Origin: Trichoplax adhaerens
Taxonomy: Eukaryota > Animalia > Placozoa
Direction: 5' to 3'
Assembly (NCBI RefSeq): GCF_000150275.1
Contig: NW_002060947.1
Coordinates: 4,808,267 to 4,872,266 of the forward strand
DNA length: 64,000 nucleotides
This document shows positions 29,101 to 41,100 of this stretch, in pieces. Position numbers and translations under genes: made by a program. The stretch's first letter is position 1; every line of letters begins with the position of its first letter. The notes beneath the pieces were generated by a model, which saw nothing but the letters and a program-made list of their open reading frames with translations, was not told the DNA's origin and did no database searches.

Positions 29101-32100
29101 AGATAAAACTGATCCCAAACTTGATTGAGAATTCTCTCAATTTGCATTAAATCTGCGTAAAAATTAATTATCACTTTATAGATAATGATATACAATCATG
29201 CAATTATGTATTAAAAACGTGTAATATGTCATAGATAAATTAATATCAAGACTTTCATAGATAAGTTATCTTATAGAAATTATGGTACAACAGCTATGCA
29301 GAAATTACTCTATGACAGCTTATGATTAGTTATTGTTGCCACCATCAAGTACAATTGAATGTTGGAAGCTCAACTGTGAGATTTTTCAAAGGTAAAAATC
29401 TTGCACCGACTGTACTACTAAAATATCTAGATATTCTAATCGTAATCAGTGTGCACGAAGGATTTCGAGCATGAAAATACCCTTCGGATATCTTATAAAG
29501 ATTAGACGTTAAATGCTTGAAGTATCTTTTGAACTGTCATAAATGGCTAGCTGGGCAATGATCACTCATTATAACATAAGCATAGAAGAATATACATCGG
29601 AATTTTGAAAGAATGACAGAAAAAAAGGGACAGATGCTAGGCTTAATCTGAGTAATGCCGTTCAAAGGATACTGTACGTTGTACAAGCAGCTCAATAATA
29701 TAAATAGTCGATTAGATCACTAATAATGTTTAGTTCAATGTTATCTTGGTGAATTGTTGACAAGTAGCCAGTATAAAAAGAAAAATCAATAATGCATGCA
29801 AAGTCGTTTTTTTGGTTAACAGTTTATGTCGTCTTTCACTATTGGCTTATTACTTTTTATGCAATATTTACTGTTAACAATCGATTTGCACCTACATTTC
29901 TCGAAAGTACGTGCTCGTATAGTGACATAATTTACACTACTTACATACGAGATATTCTTGTTAAGCTTGCAAATGTTCCAGGTTGTATAACCTCAATTTT
30001 GTTACCATAAAGGGATCTAAAAAGTAAAGTTAATGAGGTCCTTTGAATTAATTATTTCAAGGGTAGGAAAATTTAACACAGTCCAATTTCTGTCTTAATA
30101 ATATTACAAAGTTCTTAGGCTCCATAATCCATAAAACGTGTCGTTTTTAAGTATTGTTAATTCGTTGCTGTATAGATAGCTAGAACCAAATTAGTGGTAA
30201 GTTAATAACGTGTTAATCAGATATCTACAAAACACCAAATTATAGTACGTTCTGCAGTTAAGAAGCTTTCTGTTGTTGTAAAATAAATAAAAATTAACAT
30301 ACAGATTAATAAGTCTAGATTGCTTAACAAATAGTTTATCTTCTAAATAGGCCAAATTATTAAGGCTGAAGCTCCTATAATGATTTAGTATAAACAATAT
30401 TAACGTTTTTCTAGATTTAGAATAGACTGTGTACGAGTTTTAACTCTACCTTCATCAAATTCAATTTTTTGTTGCTATTTTTGAAGGCTTTACTTACAAC
30501 ATATTTAAATAGCCAAGATTTGATAAGATAGATGCGTTTAAAGCCTTTAATAAGTTAGTAGATAGAGTTCTATTTAAAATATGCAAATACGTAACAATTA
30601 ATTGGTAATTCAACGATGGCATTTACAGAAAACTTTGATATTTTGTGATAAGAACCTATAATTCATGAGCTAGAGATATATTTTATCTAATAGGAATTAC
30701 TAAGCCGGACACATATCTTCTAGTTTATATAGTAGTCGTCTATAAACAACTATTTATCATAATTAAAAGCAATAACGGTGAAGTGGGACATAAATTTTCA
30801 TAGATTGGAGAAATCTTTGCGCAAAGATGTAACTATGTATAGATATGCTCTAGTAGGATAAAAGAAAGGCCTTATAAGGGATGCTACGTCATCTAAAATT
30901 ATAATTAAAAGTTATCTGTTTATATGTTTTCATAGCATCTGCATTTACAGTTTGCACAGCAACATCCTAACTTTGTTTCTACAAGTGTAGCAATTATAAT
31001 TTGCAATGTGGATTCTAGTGGACCGCTTACAATTTAGTTTTGTAGCAGCTACGATATGTATGCAAACATTAAAGGAATATTATAATTATCTACTAGCTAA
31101 AGTCCAACAAACTATTACGGTTAACTATACTAGTCACTCATCTATTTATATTACTGCTCTTAATAGTACTTCAGTTCCATACTGCTTATGATCCTCGATA
31201 CTCTAGCGGAGTATCTTCTTTATCATAGACTATAGTTTGCAATCTGTAAAAATACACTCTTAACATAGCTAATAATTTATAATCCAATGCTTGACAACGT
31301 TATGGAAATGTCGTAGTAAGGTTTTCAAAGCTAATAATACACAACTATTTGTTCATTGTAATGATATATAATATTCCAGTAATACAGCGATTACATAAAT
31401 ATATATTTACAAAAAAAAACAAAAAATAGCTAATAACTACAATAAGCGATTTGATTATCTATTTTAAATTTAGAATGTTTGCATAAATATCTCAGAAAAT
31501 ATTTGAATCATTTGTTACTTCAATAGTACTTATCCGGCATGCATGTACTAAGCTAGCGATATCTTACAAATGTTGTAAGTAGGATATGCCTTGGAAGCTA
31601 TCTTCATTAATTCTTTCTATTGCATTTGAATACATATATCTGTGCCAAAATTTTATTTAATTGGATTATTATAGGAATAAAACACATGGAATATCTTAAG
31701 TCGCTACTATTAATGAGTGACTAATTAATTAAAACATCTTACATTGTGCGTAATCGCTGCAAACCTTTAAATACTCCTTTTGGTACTTCAGTAATTGCAT
31801 TGTTTATTAAATATCTGAAGTACATTGATAAAGAATTTATGATCATATTCGATAACGTAGATTCAATGAAATAGGATAGCAGCGGTAACAATAAACTATA
31901 TATATAATTTTAGTCCGCCAACTTACAGCCAAGCTAGCGAACGCAATCCTCTAAAGCTGATATTTCGCAAATCATGAATTCTGTTTTCCTGCATGCTCCT
32001 ATTATAAATGGTAAGGTAGTAAGAATAAATTAGAATATTCCGTTGTTACAAAGCATTATATTGATTGTGAATGAGATGGGCTTTCATAGCAATTTTCGAA

Positions 32101-34894
32101 CTGATGCTCGCAATTATTTACGAAACATTGTGGTAATAAATTTTCTTGCTTATCGAAGAAACGAAACATCCTACTGCTATGAAGTAACATTGATATGCAA
32201 GAATAAAACTTATAATGGTTCCAAATAGTGGATATGCTGCCATTTTTTTATAATTTACGTTGGATTGCTAGCAATATTTATCTTTCATCATGTCTACTGT
32301 ATTAGTTCATAAGGAATATAACTTTTTAAGTATACTAATTACTGATCTAGATAAAGTATGGGCATCAGTAGCTAGGAAATTGCATCACTTTGTAATATAT
32401 CATCGTAAGAAATTGTTAATATTAGCTAAAATTTTATATATAACATGATTATCGGTGTAATCTTCAAATCATGATATCAATATTGATTAAATGATAGTAT
32501 AGAACTGGTAATTTATTAGCATTTAGTATACAGAATAGTTTGAAACTGTGATACAATGCGGTATTAATGTCGCACTAAAATCAATTTAAGCTTCAGTAGC
32601 CTTATTTTATTTTTCTTACAATAAAGTTAATTTGGTAAGAGGAAGAAACACACCATCAGGAATTGACGATATTTTGTTGGAGGATAAATACCTGGAAAAT
32701 GATCCAGTTTGAGTACACATAGTTTACATAATGTAATGAGTAATTCTATATGTGATAGTTGAGATCTAAATTTCTTAGGGTAGTTCTCTTTTGCTGCATT
32801 AGTTGTACTTTTCAACAGTGCAAATAATAAAGTTTAAATCGATTATTTCTAAAGTAAACAATGAGCAATTATCATATTAACTTAAGTAAGTAAACAGTTT
32901 GATTTTGTTAGCATCAAGTTATTTAGTGCTTGATTACCACGTTAAAATGCTTAGAAAAAGAACGATAACATTCAAAGAATAAAATATTCTGCTTGTACTG
33001 CATCACTATGTAGTAATATTAATGCTCATAAACTTATTGATAGATTAATATATCTTTATTTTCAATCTATCACTAGATTACATAATAAGATGTATTCACG
33101 ATTGAGAAAATAATAATCCGTCAGATCAAAGTTATAGTAAAATGAAATACTATTAATCAAACAAGTAAAAAGAATGATATAATATGGGAGCACATTTTTA
33201 AGTTTAAAAATTTTGACGAGTAACGATTCTTTCTCTTAATCTTAATTATACGCAAAGCTTACAATGTTCGTAAATTTACTAATCCTTGGAATGCTCCGGG
33301 ATTTAAAGTTTGCAATAGATTTCCATGTAAGTTTCTGTATTAATTATGACGTAAATCAAATGAGTAAAATAGACTAATTATCCTCGTCCATTTCAGATAT
33401 CACACAATTTCATATTAAAAATGCAGTTTAAAGTCATAATGTATAATAGAGTATAAAAATTGCGTCATATTTATTAGGTTTACTTACAAATAACGTATCT
33501 TAGACGATTTTTCAAAAGCCTTGTCATCAATAAATTCTATTTTATTCACCTGTAAATATCTATTAAGGAATGTCTTATGATTAGTTTTTTGCTTTTATAT
33601 TGTGTTATTCTTCGTTGCAAATAATTTATGCGGCGAACTCTATAATCAGTAGATGAATATGTAAAGTTCCACATAAGTTTGACTTACAGCCAAGTTACGG
33701 ATGGAAACTTTTGGAATGCATTTTTATGAATCCGGCGAATCAGGGTATAATAAATATTGCTATTCGAAAAATTTAGTTTTCATCGTATTTAATGTCATGT
33801 ATCTGAACTTATCACTTTGAAAGCGAATTTATTGGAGATTCAGTGCATTTGCTAAAAGATTTCGAAATTCACGAGTAGCTAAAGGATAAGAGGTGTTTAC
33901 TGTAAAGTACAACTTTTGTTGAAATAAATCATTATTAAAAGACTGAAAACCTTTATTATAGTAACCTACATGGTTGTAACTCTAGATCTGAATGGATGCA
34001 AAAGTGGAACTTCAGTCAAAGTTGGCAAAGAACACACAAATCTCGATCTCGAAAAGCAAGAGCAACCCGGAGAACATACCAGGAAAAAAAAGCCTATTGA
34101 GTGTAAAAAAAGCGATTTCTTTTATCAATAAAGTATTTTACGTAACAATGTTCGTATCATATTATCAGGGATTGAATACATATTTCATCACTGCTATCGT
34201 GTTTGGCATTTATACATGTATGACTATATAAATATTTACTCTTGACAGCTTTTTCTCTCAATCGTATAATTATTGCTTTTCATATAATCTCTACTAGCAC
34301 AAATCTGATCATTTGTAGGCTTCTAAAGATATTTTATAAAATAATCGATTACGAATTCTATCATCATAGCATTTAAGGTCCATCGTTGTAATATGGTACT
34401 TCTAAAGTTATCGTAAAAAAATTTCTTAATTGAAAATTTCAATTTATGTATAATGTCTAATTAATTTGCTAGCATTTGCGTATCTTCGAAATGTCTTTTT
34501 AAATACTTAGTTTGAGAGTCCGTCTCGAAGGATTCATTTTATCTAAGTTGCAAACTGTAACACCCATTTTTTAGACAGCATAAGATCATTAAAATATTCT
34601 TATATTCACTGGTTGAGCCTAGCTGAGCCTACATTAACCATTTTACTTCTGCCACAGATTCAGTATGATATAAATAGCATAGCAAATAGCAGGAAACGAT
34701 TCGATTTCTTAATGATTTTATAAGGACACAATATACAATCTCAAGTAGTAGGATACGTAGTGATTAATAGCTTTTTGGTATAAAATTACTGATAAAACAT
34801 CAAATGAATAATATACTTTCTTACCAGCTGCTTGAAAAGTTGTATATTGGCTTATAATACACCACAGTAATAGATAAACTAATTTTATCTTCAT
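12566..34894 (-). CDS. LGR-A: giant leucine-rich-repeat-containing GPCR (signal peptide, LRRNT, ~44 LRRs, short type-C-like hinge, rhodopsin-class 7TM, long C-tail)
   Basis: Signal exon 34894-34825; LRRNT exon 34093-33970; 43 complete plus 1 gap-truncated single-LRR exons between 33759 and 14353; terminal exon 14120-12566 with hinge YLCCIVP..CSPVPDLDSASSCENIL, DRY (ISIDRY), TDLAAWLP and NPYIY. Splice phases are consistent (1, then all 2). The model spans two assembly gaps. Confidence 0.85.
17379..17985 (+). mobile_element. Degenerate copy of the same LTR-like family in an LGR-A intron
   Basis: The 5' end CGTCACAATACAAACTACCGTA resembles TGTCACGGTACGAACTACCGTG. The 3' part TATATAA..TTGAATAAA..GTCGTTTAACGTAGAAGCAAAGACGTCTAA..GAAGCTGTTTG aligns with 27650-27827. 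No clear TSD. Confidence 0.65.
22520..22654. other. Assembly gap (truncates one LGR-A LRR exon)
   Basis: N run. The adjacent 22497-22519 encodes the repeat end NLSKLQLL with a GT donor. Confidence 0.95.
25183..25485. other. Assembly gap
   Basis: N run. Confidence 0.98.
27119..28132 (+). mobile_element. Solo-LTR-like element (outer, ~566 bp net) with 5-bp TSD AGTTT, interrupted by a nested relative
   Basis: Starts TGTCACGTTACG, ends GGTTTGTGACA; AGTTT at 27114-27118 and 28133-28137; AATAAA near 27987. Confidence 0.8.
27385..27827 (+). mobile_element. Solo-LTR-like element (inner, 443 bp) with 5-bp TSD ATACT
   Basis: TGTCACGGTACG...GGTTTGTGACA; ATACT at 27380-27384 and 27828-27832; TATATAA (~27651) followed by AATAAA (~27674). 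The 3' ~130 bp are nearly identical to the outer element. Confidence 0.85.
33970..34093 (-). CDS. LGR-A LRRNT cap exon (FFFLVCSPGCSCFSRSRFVCSLPTLTEVP...)
   Basis: 124-nt AG/GT-bounded exon with the CxxxCxC...C...LTEVP LRRNT pattern. Confidence 0.85.
34825..34894 (-). CDS. LGR-A exon 1, signal peptide MKIKLVYLLLWCIISQYTTFQAA(G)
   Basis: ATG at 34894, basic N-region plus hydrophobic core, G|GTAAG phase-1 donor that matches the phase-1 LRRNT exon downstream. Confidence 0.75.
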
Positions 34895-35392
34895 ACTTGC
34901 GAATAATTTGTATTAGTCCAAAATGCACAACTTGATATCATAAGCGTAGTCTCGAATCTCTAATTGGTATTAGATTATAGACTTTTCTACCCTAATTTTT
35001 TCTGATAAAAATTGAAGAGGAAAGTAGATAACGTAATGAAACTATGCATAGCTATGAACAACTTTATTTTACTAGCACCTGAAGGCGGTTATCAACTGTT
35101 ATTATTTTTAATTGTATGCGTTAATTTTTGCCCAGCACTTCGTTACATGCATAATAGCTGTTGATATTTTTTGCAAACAATGTTATTTTAATTTTGCAAT
35201 TATGCTTACTTGTGGAACTATTCTATTGAAGTTCCAAGTTCAAAATTTGGAGTAACTTAATATTTAAAAATTAAATTTACCAATTAATGCAATTGTGTTA
35301 TAATTACTGTCAATCTGAGACCATATGTACTTCAAATGACTCAATGGTGCATCATCAATCTATTGTAATAAACATCCAGTACTATTGCTGTA

Positions 35393-36027
35393 TGTCTTAA
35401 TCAGCTTGTAGCAAGGTTATCGGTACCTAAGTCTAAAATAGAAGACGAAATACATGACACGCAGCGTTTAGGCACGATACTCTCTCTCAACGACCAGTCT
35501 ATCATAAGTTAAGCTGTTTTATAGAAGATCTAGGAAAAACTGCAGTATGAGCTTAATTTGTTTGTAATCATGCTAACCAGATCAGTATAACATGACTCGG
35601 AAAGCGGTAGTTGAATACAGATACTACCGTAGTCTTTCCTAGGATTAAATCTAGAACTTCCCTTCTTGTAGAAAGTAGCTCACTTTTATACCTTCTATTT
35701 ATTCGCGTGCGACTACAGCATTGTACGTATACACATATACGGCTAAGCTTACAGTATACTAATAAATAATGTTAGCTGCCGTTATTCTTAGATCTAAAAT
35801 TAGTATAAATTTATCTTATAATTTAAACTACTGCATGTTAGAGTACGAATATAACATGAGATTAATCATGATCAGAATACGATCAGACCTTTAGCTTTCT
35901 TATAAATTAAGCAACTAATTCACTTGCTCTTTTAAACCAGGTGAATTAGTTTTATAATTCTGGATATACAAACAACTTACAGCATATGTGTAATACTATT
36001 CCTCGCTATGGTACGAGTACCGTGACA
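35393..36027 (-). mobile_element. Diverged LTR-like remnant between LGR-B and LGR-A
   Basis: Minus-strand 5' end TGTCACGGTACTCGTACC and 3' end CCTTGCTACAAGCTGATTAAGACA resemble the family termini. The flanks do not form a TSD. Confidence 0.45.
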
Positions 36028-36776
36028 ATCTTTATACCTCAAAACTGAGAGTGTTGTTTTGCAATGAAGAAATGCTTATGAAATCTGCTAAATACTAAAT
36101 AATATATATTCTATTGCACAGAGAAGTCTATAAAATTTTATAAATCTTTCATTAGCATTCAATATAGCTAATCTGCGTCAGCATGCGTCATTGGTCTTCT
36201 AATCTAGAAGATATGTAGTATGCTGTAGCCGTTCTAAGAATACGTTGCTGTATTTACCAATGTTATGATTGTGCAATATTTATGCAACCAAAGTTAAATT
36301 ACTATATACCAAAGCTGGTAAGCTACTTCATTGCAGACAGGAAATGATAGCAAGGGGTTAATTAATGGATCAGTTTGTATATCTTCCTTCGGTTTAAGAC
36401 AGTCATCTAATCTAGATCAAAGGAACAATTTCTTGATGACTTTCCTAATCTGCTCTTTATTAATAGCCTTAAAACAAGAAACTTTATCAAAATATCTTTC
36501 TTCTTTTCATAATATGTGAAATATAAATACAAATAAATGCTATGCAATGTAAAATGGCAGCCTCCGTAGAACAAAATTCACGAATAATTATCGATACTTT
36601 CATTTTTAAAGAACGTTCAATTTTCACTAAGTAATATACCGCAGATCGTATAAAATAGGTATTCATCGAATGGTGTATTAAGGTATTTAGACTTACGAAT
36701 TGACGAATAATTTAGCATTTGAAAAGCTTCTAGACGATTATCGTCAAGTCCTGTAATACTATATCTAATAAATACG

Positions 36777-38139
36777 CTAAATAGTATGATGTCTACGTAA
36801 TAGTATTGATTCAGATCTTGCAAGATTGGTTATTTCTAATACCGAAGGAGATGTCTTACTAAAATTTGGATTAATATAACCTACTATGGGTTCTAGTTGT
36901 TGATTACAGCGGGGATACAATCCATTATAGCTATTGATATTGTCCTTTCTACCTAAGTATCTTCCCATAGCGACCTCTTGACTATCGCCATTTTGATGTA
37001 TGAAATGGTTGGACTTTTCATCACCTGATGAACTTGCGGCTTGTAGACTTGGTGGAGCGCTTGACCTACGCTGAAGACATGCTGGAGGTCCATCAGCAAA
37101 TACACGAGCATGACGCATTGGAACATGAAAGCTTCGTGAAAATGATGATTTACGTATATCAATCAAGTGAAATAGCCGATGAAAACATGCTGTTCCAGTC
37201 GCTGTATAGATATACGGATTAATTGCCGAATTCAGAGGTAATGCTAAGATTACAGCAAATTGTAATATGAAAACACTCAAACTACCTTGTGTTAAAGCTA
37301 GTACGGAGATAATATATACTGGCAGCCATGCAAGCAAATCCGTAATTAGAATTAAAGACAACCTTACGGCAATAGCAAAATCGTGCGATTGAGCGCTACT
37401 ACGAATTGAGCGACTCGATTTACGGACTTTTAACATTAATTTAATATATAGAATTAATGTAATAATCCAAAAAATAAATTGGATTACAACGAAAAATATT
37501 GTCCAACTAGCGAAAAATCCATTACTCAGATTACTTGGCGTACAAACTGAGCTGAATTGATATAGTCGTAAATCACCAGGCTGGTTGATACTCATGGTGA
37601 CAGGAATACCAACGAATAGACATGTTAATGACCATGCCGATATTAACGTTACTTTGCAACGCTTTACTCGTACGCTTTTGGATGAAAATGGATATGCAGT
37701 GACGATATAACGATCAATGCTAATTAATAGCATCATAATGACCGACATTAAGCCAGAGGTGCATATTAGAAATGAGGCAATAATACAGGCAGGGCTAGTT
37801 AACCATTCCTCTGAGTAGTTTGCATAACGATCAATATAGACTTGGTCACCAATTGCAATGATAAATAAATAAATCGACATCAAGAAATCAGCTACTGCCA
37901 AATTATCGATTAAAAGAATAGTTACTTTGCCCAGCTTATTTTGGCGATTACTGTGATTACTTATTACGACAAAAATATTGCCGACAAATGCTGCTATGCC
38001 CATAATCCATACGGATAATTTTAAGGACATGTGAGCCAGAATATTTTCACAGCTTGTGACTGAATCTAAGTCAGGTACCGGTGCGCAAGTAGTTACTTTC
38101 GCTGGGACTATACAGCATAAATAATCTCGTGTAGATATT
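36777..38139 (-). CDS. LGR-B terminal exon: hinge, 7TM and cytoplasmic tail
   Basis: Core of the 457-aa ORF; clearly homologous to the LGR-A 7TM. Confidence 0.92.
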
Positions 38140-41100
38140 CTAGTAGACAATCACGGAAACCAATCACAGAAGAGGATCAATAATGAAAAATGGGTATAAC
38201 TTGATTAGTTTTAGCAATAACTTATGGCAAATTTATGTCTACCTTTTAGCTACATGGCACAGTATCAGATAGTTAAAAAATAGGCATTGTTTTATAGTAT
38301 TTGATTACGAATGTAACTGTACTATACCACAAGAACTTTATCATTATAGGGGAAATAGACTTTTAAGGGAATTGAAAGTATAGTACTGCAATTAAGATAC
38401 GATACTTCTATTACTAGTATTTTAGCCTAATGATATATATATATATATACTTACACAGTATTGAGCGAAGTTGAGCCATAAAAAGAGTTATCACGAATGT
38501 AAACTAACGGATTTGATTTTATTGACCTAGATAGAAAACATAGAAATAGTAATTTCGGCTTAGCTGCGGAAGATTAGCACGATAAAAAGTAAGAAATATA
38601 CTGTGAGTGCAAAATCAGTATTTCAAGTAAATAAAGTATGTAATTTCCGTTCTAAAAATTACAGTACACGATGCTCTCTGTAAGAAAATCTTAGCGCTTA
38701 CAATAGCTGCAATTTGAATAATAAACCAAAGCATCGGATATCAAGGTAGCGAATGCCATTTTGGTCCAAATAACTATCACATATAAATAAGTAAGTTCAG
38801 CATGGAATAGACCATTCTAAGTTTACTGCATACTGAAATATAATAGAAGTTTACATCTCTAATAGGTTTGGTCCAATTCCTAATACATGGGACTTGCCGC
38901 AGACTTCTGATAATTTATTTCGAGCTACATTTCTGTTTAAAAATTTTTTACAACATCAATCGGAGAGTTTAGTGTCCTAAATCTTAAGTTTAAAGCTTTA
39001 CTGTCACGCATAAAAATGCTAATTTATTGCATTAAAAGATGCTAATAACCACATAGATCGTTGGATTTATACTATCTCCTTTTGGAATAATTTATTAATT
39101 AATATTTATTCTTCATAGTCACGTACAGTATCTTTAGTCCATTAAATTGGATGTTATTCGGATTCTTAAATTCATTGAGTTGATTATCAGCGAGATGCCT
39201 ATATTTAATAAAAATAAAAATAAATGAGGGCCACGTATATTTAAATTTTGATTGCTATAAGGCCTTCTTCGTCCATTACATTAGGTAGCTAAATATCTAT
39301 CGCACTTCCACGCTATCGACTTACAGTTCCTGCAAGTTATTATCAGTATCTCGGAATATTTCTGACGCATTAACCGTGACTAACTTATTTTTATTTAATT
39401 TCCTATTTGAAAATTCAAATAGAAATATTTTGTCATTAAATCTCTTCAGTTAACAAAGTTATGAAAAATTTAATGATATTAAAGATAAAAAAGTTAATTA
39501 CAATATTTTTAGGAAGCCATTTAAGTGAACAAAGATGCCAGGCGGAATTTTTTTTAAATTACTGTAGCTCAAGTCTCTATTTTTGAATACCGTAACAAAT
39601 ACTATGTATTAGTATTAGAATTTTTAACAAACATGTTTAGAAATACGGTATTAGCCCTGCTTATGCTATTAACAAAATAGGAAATTTTAAATGGATAATA
39701 AACCATAACATTTATAATAGAAAAATACTTACATAGAATAATCGAAACATTTAATTAATGTTGCATAGATTGGTGAAAAACATAACGTTGTTATGTAAAG
39801 TCCCCTGATTGATTGTTTAATGTTCGCAATAGACATATTATTTCTCCCGATTGAACTAATTATTACAATAAATGTAGATAGAATGATGTTTAGAAACTCC
39901 ATGACGTCAAATTTGTTAATTTTTATTTACTAAATATCCTCAAATGCTGATCAGCATCGTATTACACCCATTTAGTAGTATTCATGCTTGTTACTAACAA
40001 TGATCTTAGGTATATATTCCATTTAAAATAAACTTGCGGAATAGATTCAATATTATTTCCAGCTAATAACCTGGGATAATAAGATATCATGATAGAACTT
40101 ATAGGTTATTACCAACTTAAGCAAATTGAGAACGAAGTTATCTAATAGTAACTAATTCCTCTTAAATGAAATCAACATGTGCATCTAATTTGTGACTTGC
40201 GGTGGCATTTCACTTACAGCTCAAAAGGTAACCCCAGCAATTTAATTAGTATATCTTGATACAAGTCTATTCCATTTTGTACCAGGTTATTGGAGCTCAA
40301 ATCTCTAGAATAGTGAATGATATGAATCGATGTTCTATGTAGCTCTCAATTAGTTCTACTTGCTTCGCAATATCTAAAATTCACAAATATTTATAAGAGC
40401 TAATATTTTATTTACAGTCTTTGCGTGAGACCATTTAATGTCCTGTCGCAGTTATTTGAAATCCCCGAAATGTTATTATTGGAAAGGCGTCTTACGAAAG
40501 CAAGAAAGATTAAAATATGAATTAATTTCGTTTAAACTAATCTGTACCATAAGTTGGTATAACATACAAACATATGCTTATTATTTGAATTTTAGCCAAA
40601 ATTTAATTCTTTATAGTGAACTTTTGAAGCGCAATATATTATCAGATCGTATGGCTGCAATAAGTAAACATATAATAGCGCATTTGCTGAAGAATTTAAA
40701 TTATGAATTCCATCAAATCTAGTTGTTCAAAAAATTTACTAAAAAGCAGAGTTCAGCATGATCTATTATTATAAATATTGAATAAAAATCAAATCCAAGA
40801 AAAAAGCTAAGTTTATCTACTTACAAGTCTCGGACAGTTTTATAAATGGAACTACAAGACAAGTTGGCTAGTCTGTTTTGATTCATTGACCTAAAATTGA
40901 AAGATCCTATCGGTTTAAAGCTAATCGAATAAAAGTACTGAGACACTGCAATTAAAATAATGGCAATAAGAACTTAATTTCTCTTTAGTATATTTCCGTT
41001 GACTTACAATGTTCTCAAGCTAATTAAATTAGTAAAACTATCATCAGCAATTTCTGCTATTAAATTATTATCCAGTGATCTGTAAGGTAACAGAGATGCG

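Larger units (their letters stand above)
14353..33759 (-). repeat. LGR-A LRR exon array (~44 exons, mostly 72 nt, one LRR each)
   Basis: Recurrent plus-strand pattern 'cttac[72 nt]ct', translating e.g. NLHGNLLQTLNPGAFQGLVNLRTL (33263-33334), DLTSNEIHYMEINAFTGLNKLEKL (~24337-24408), SIKSNPMATITESSFYGSSALSAI (14353-14424). Confidence 0.88.

Noticed and set aside
29085-29155. Possible LRR exon in the large LGR-A intron (also ~32343-32425)
   Set aside because: No LRR consensus, a stop codon in the 29085 candidate, and no counterpart in the colinear LGR-B array.
36617-36823. Alternative-frame ORF past the LGR-B stop (GLDDNRL vs SLDDDRI in A) as a frameshifted tail
   Set aside because: The similarity is too short to distinguish from chance; in-frame readthrough of B hits another TAG after 3 codons.
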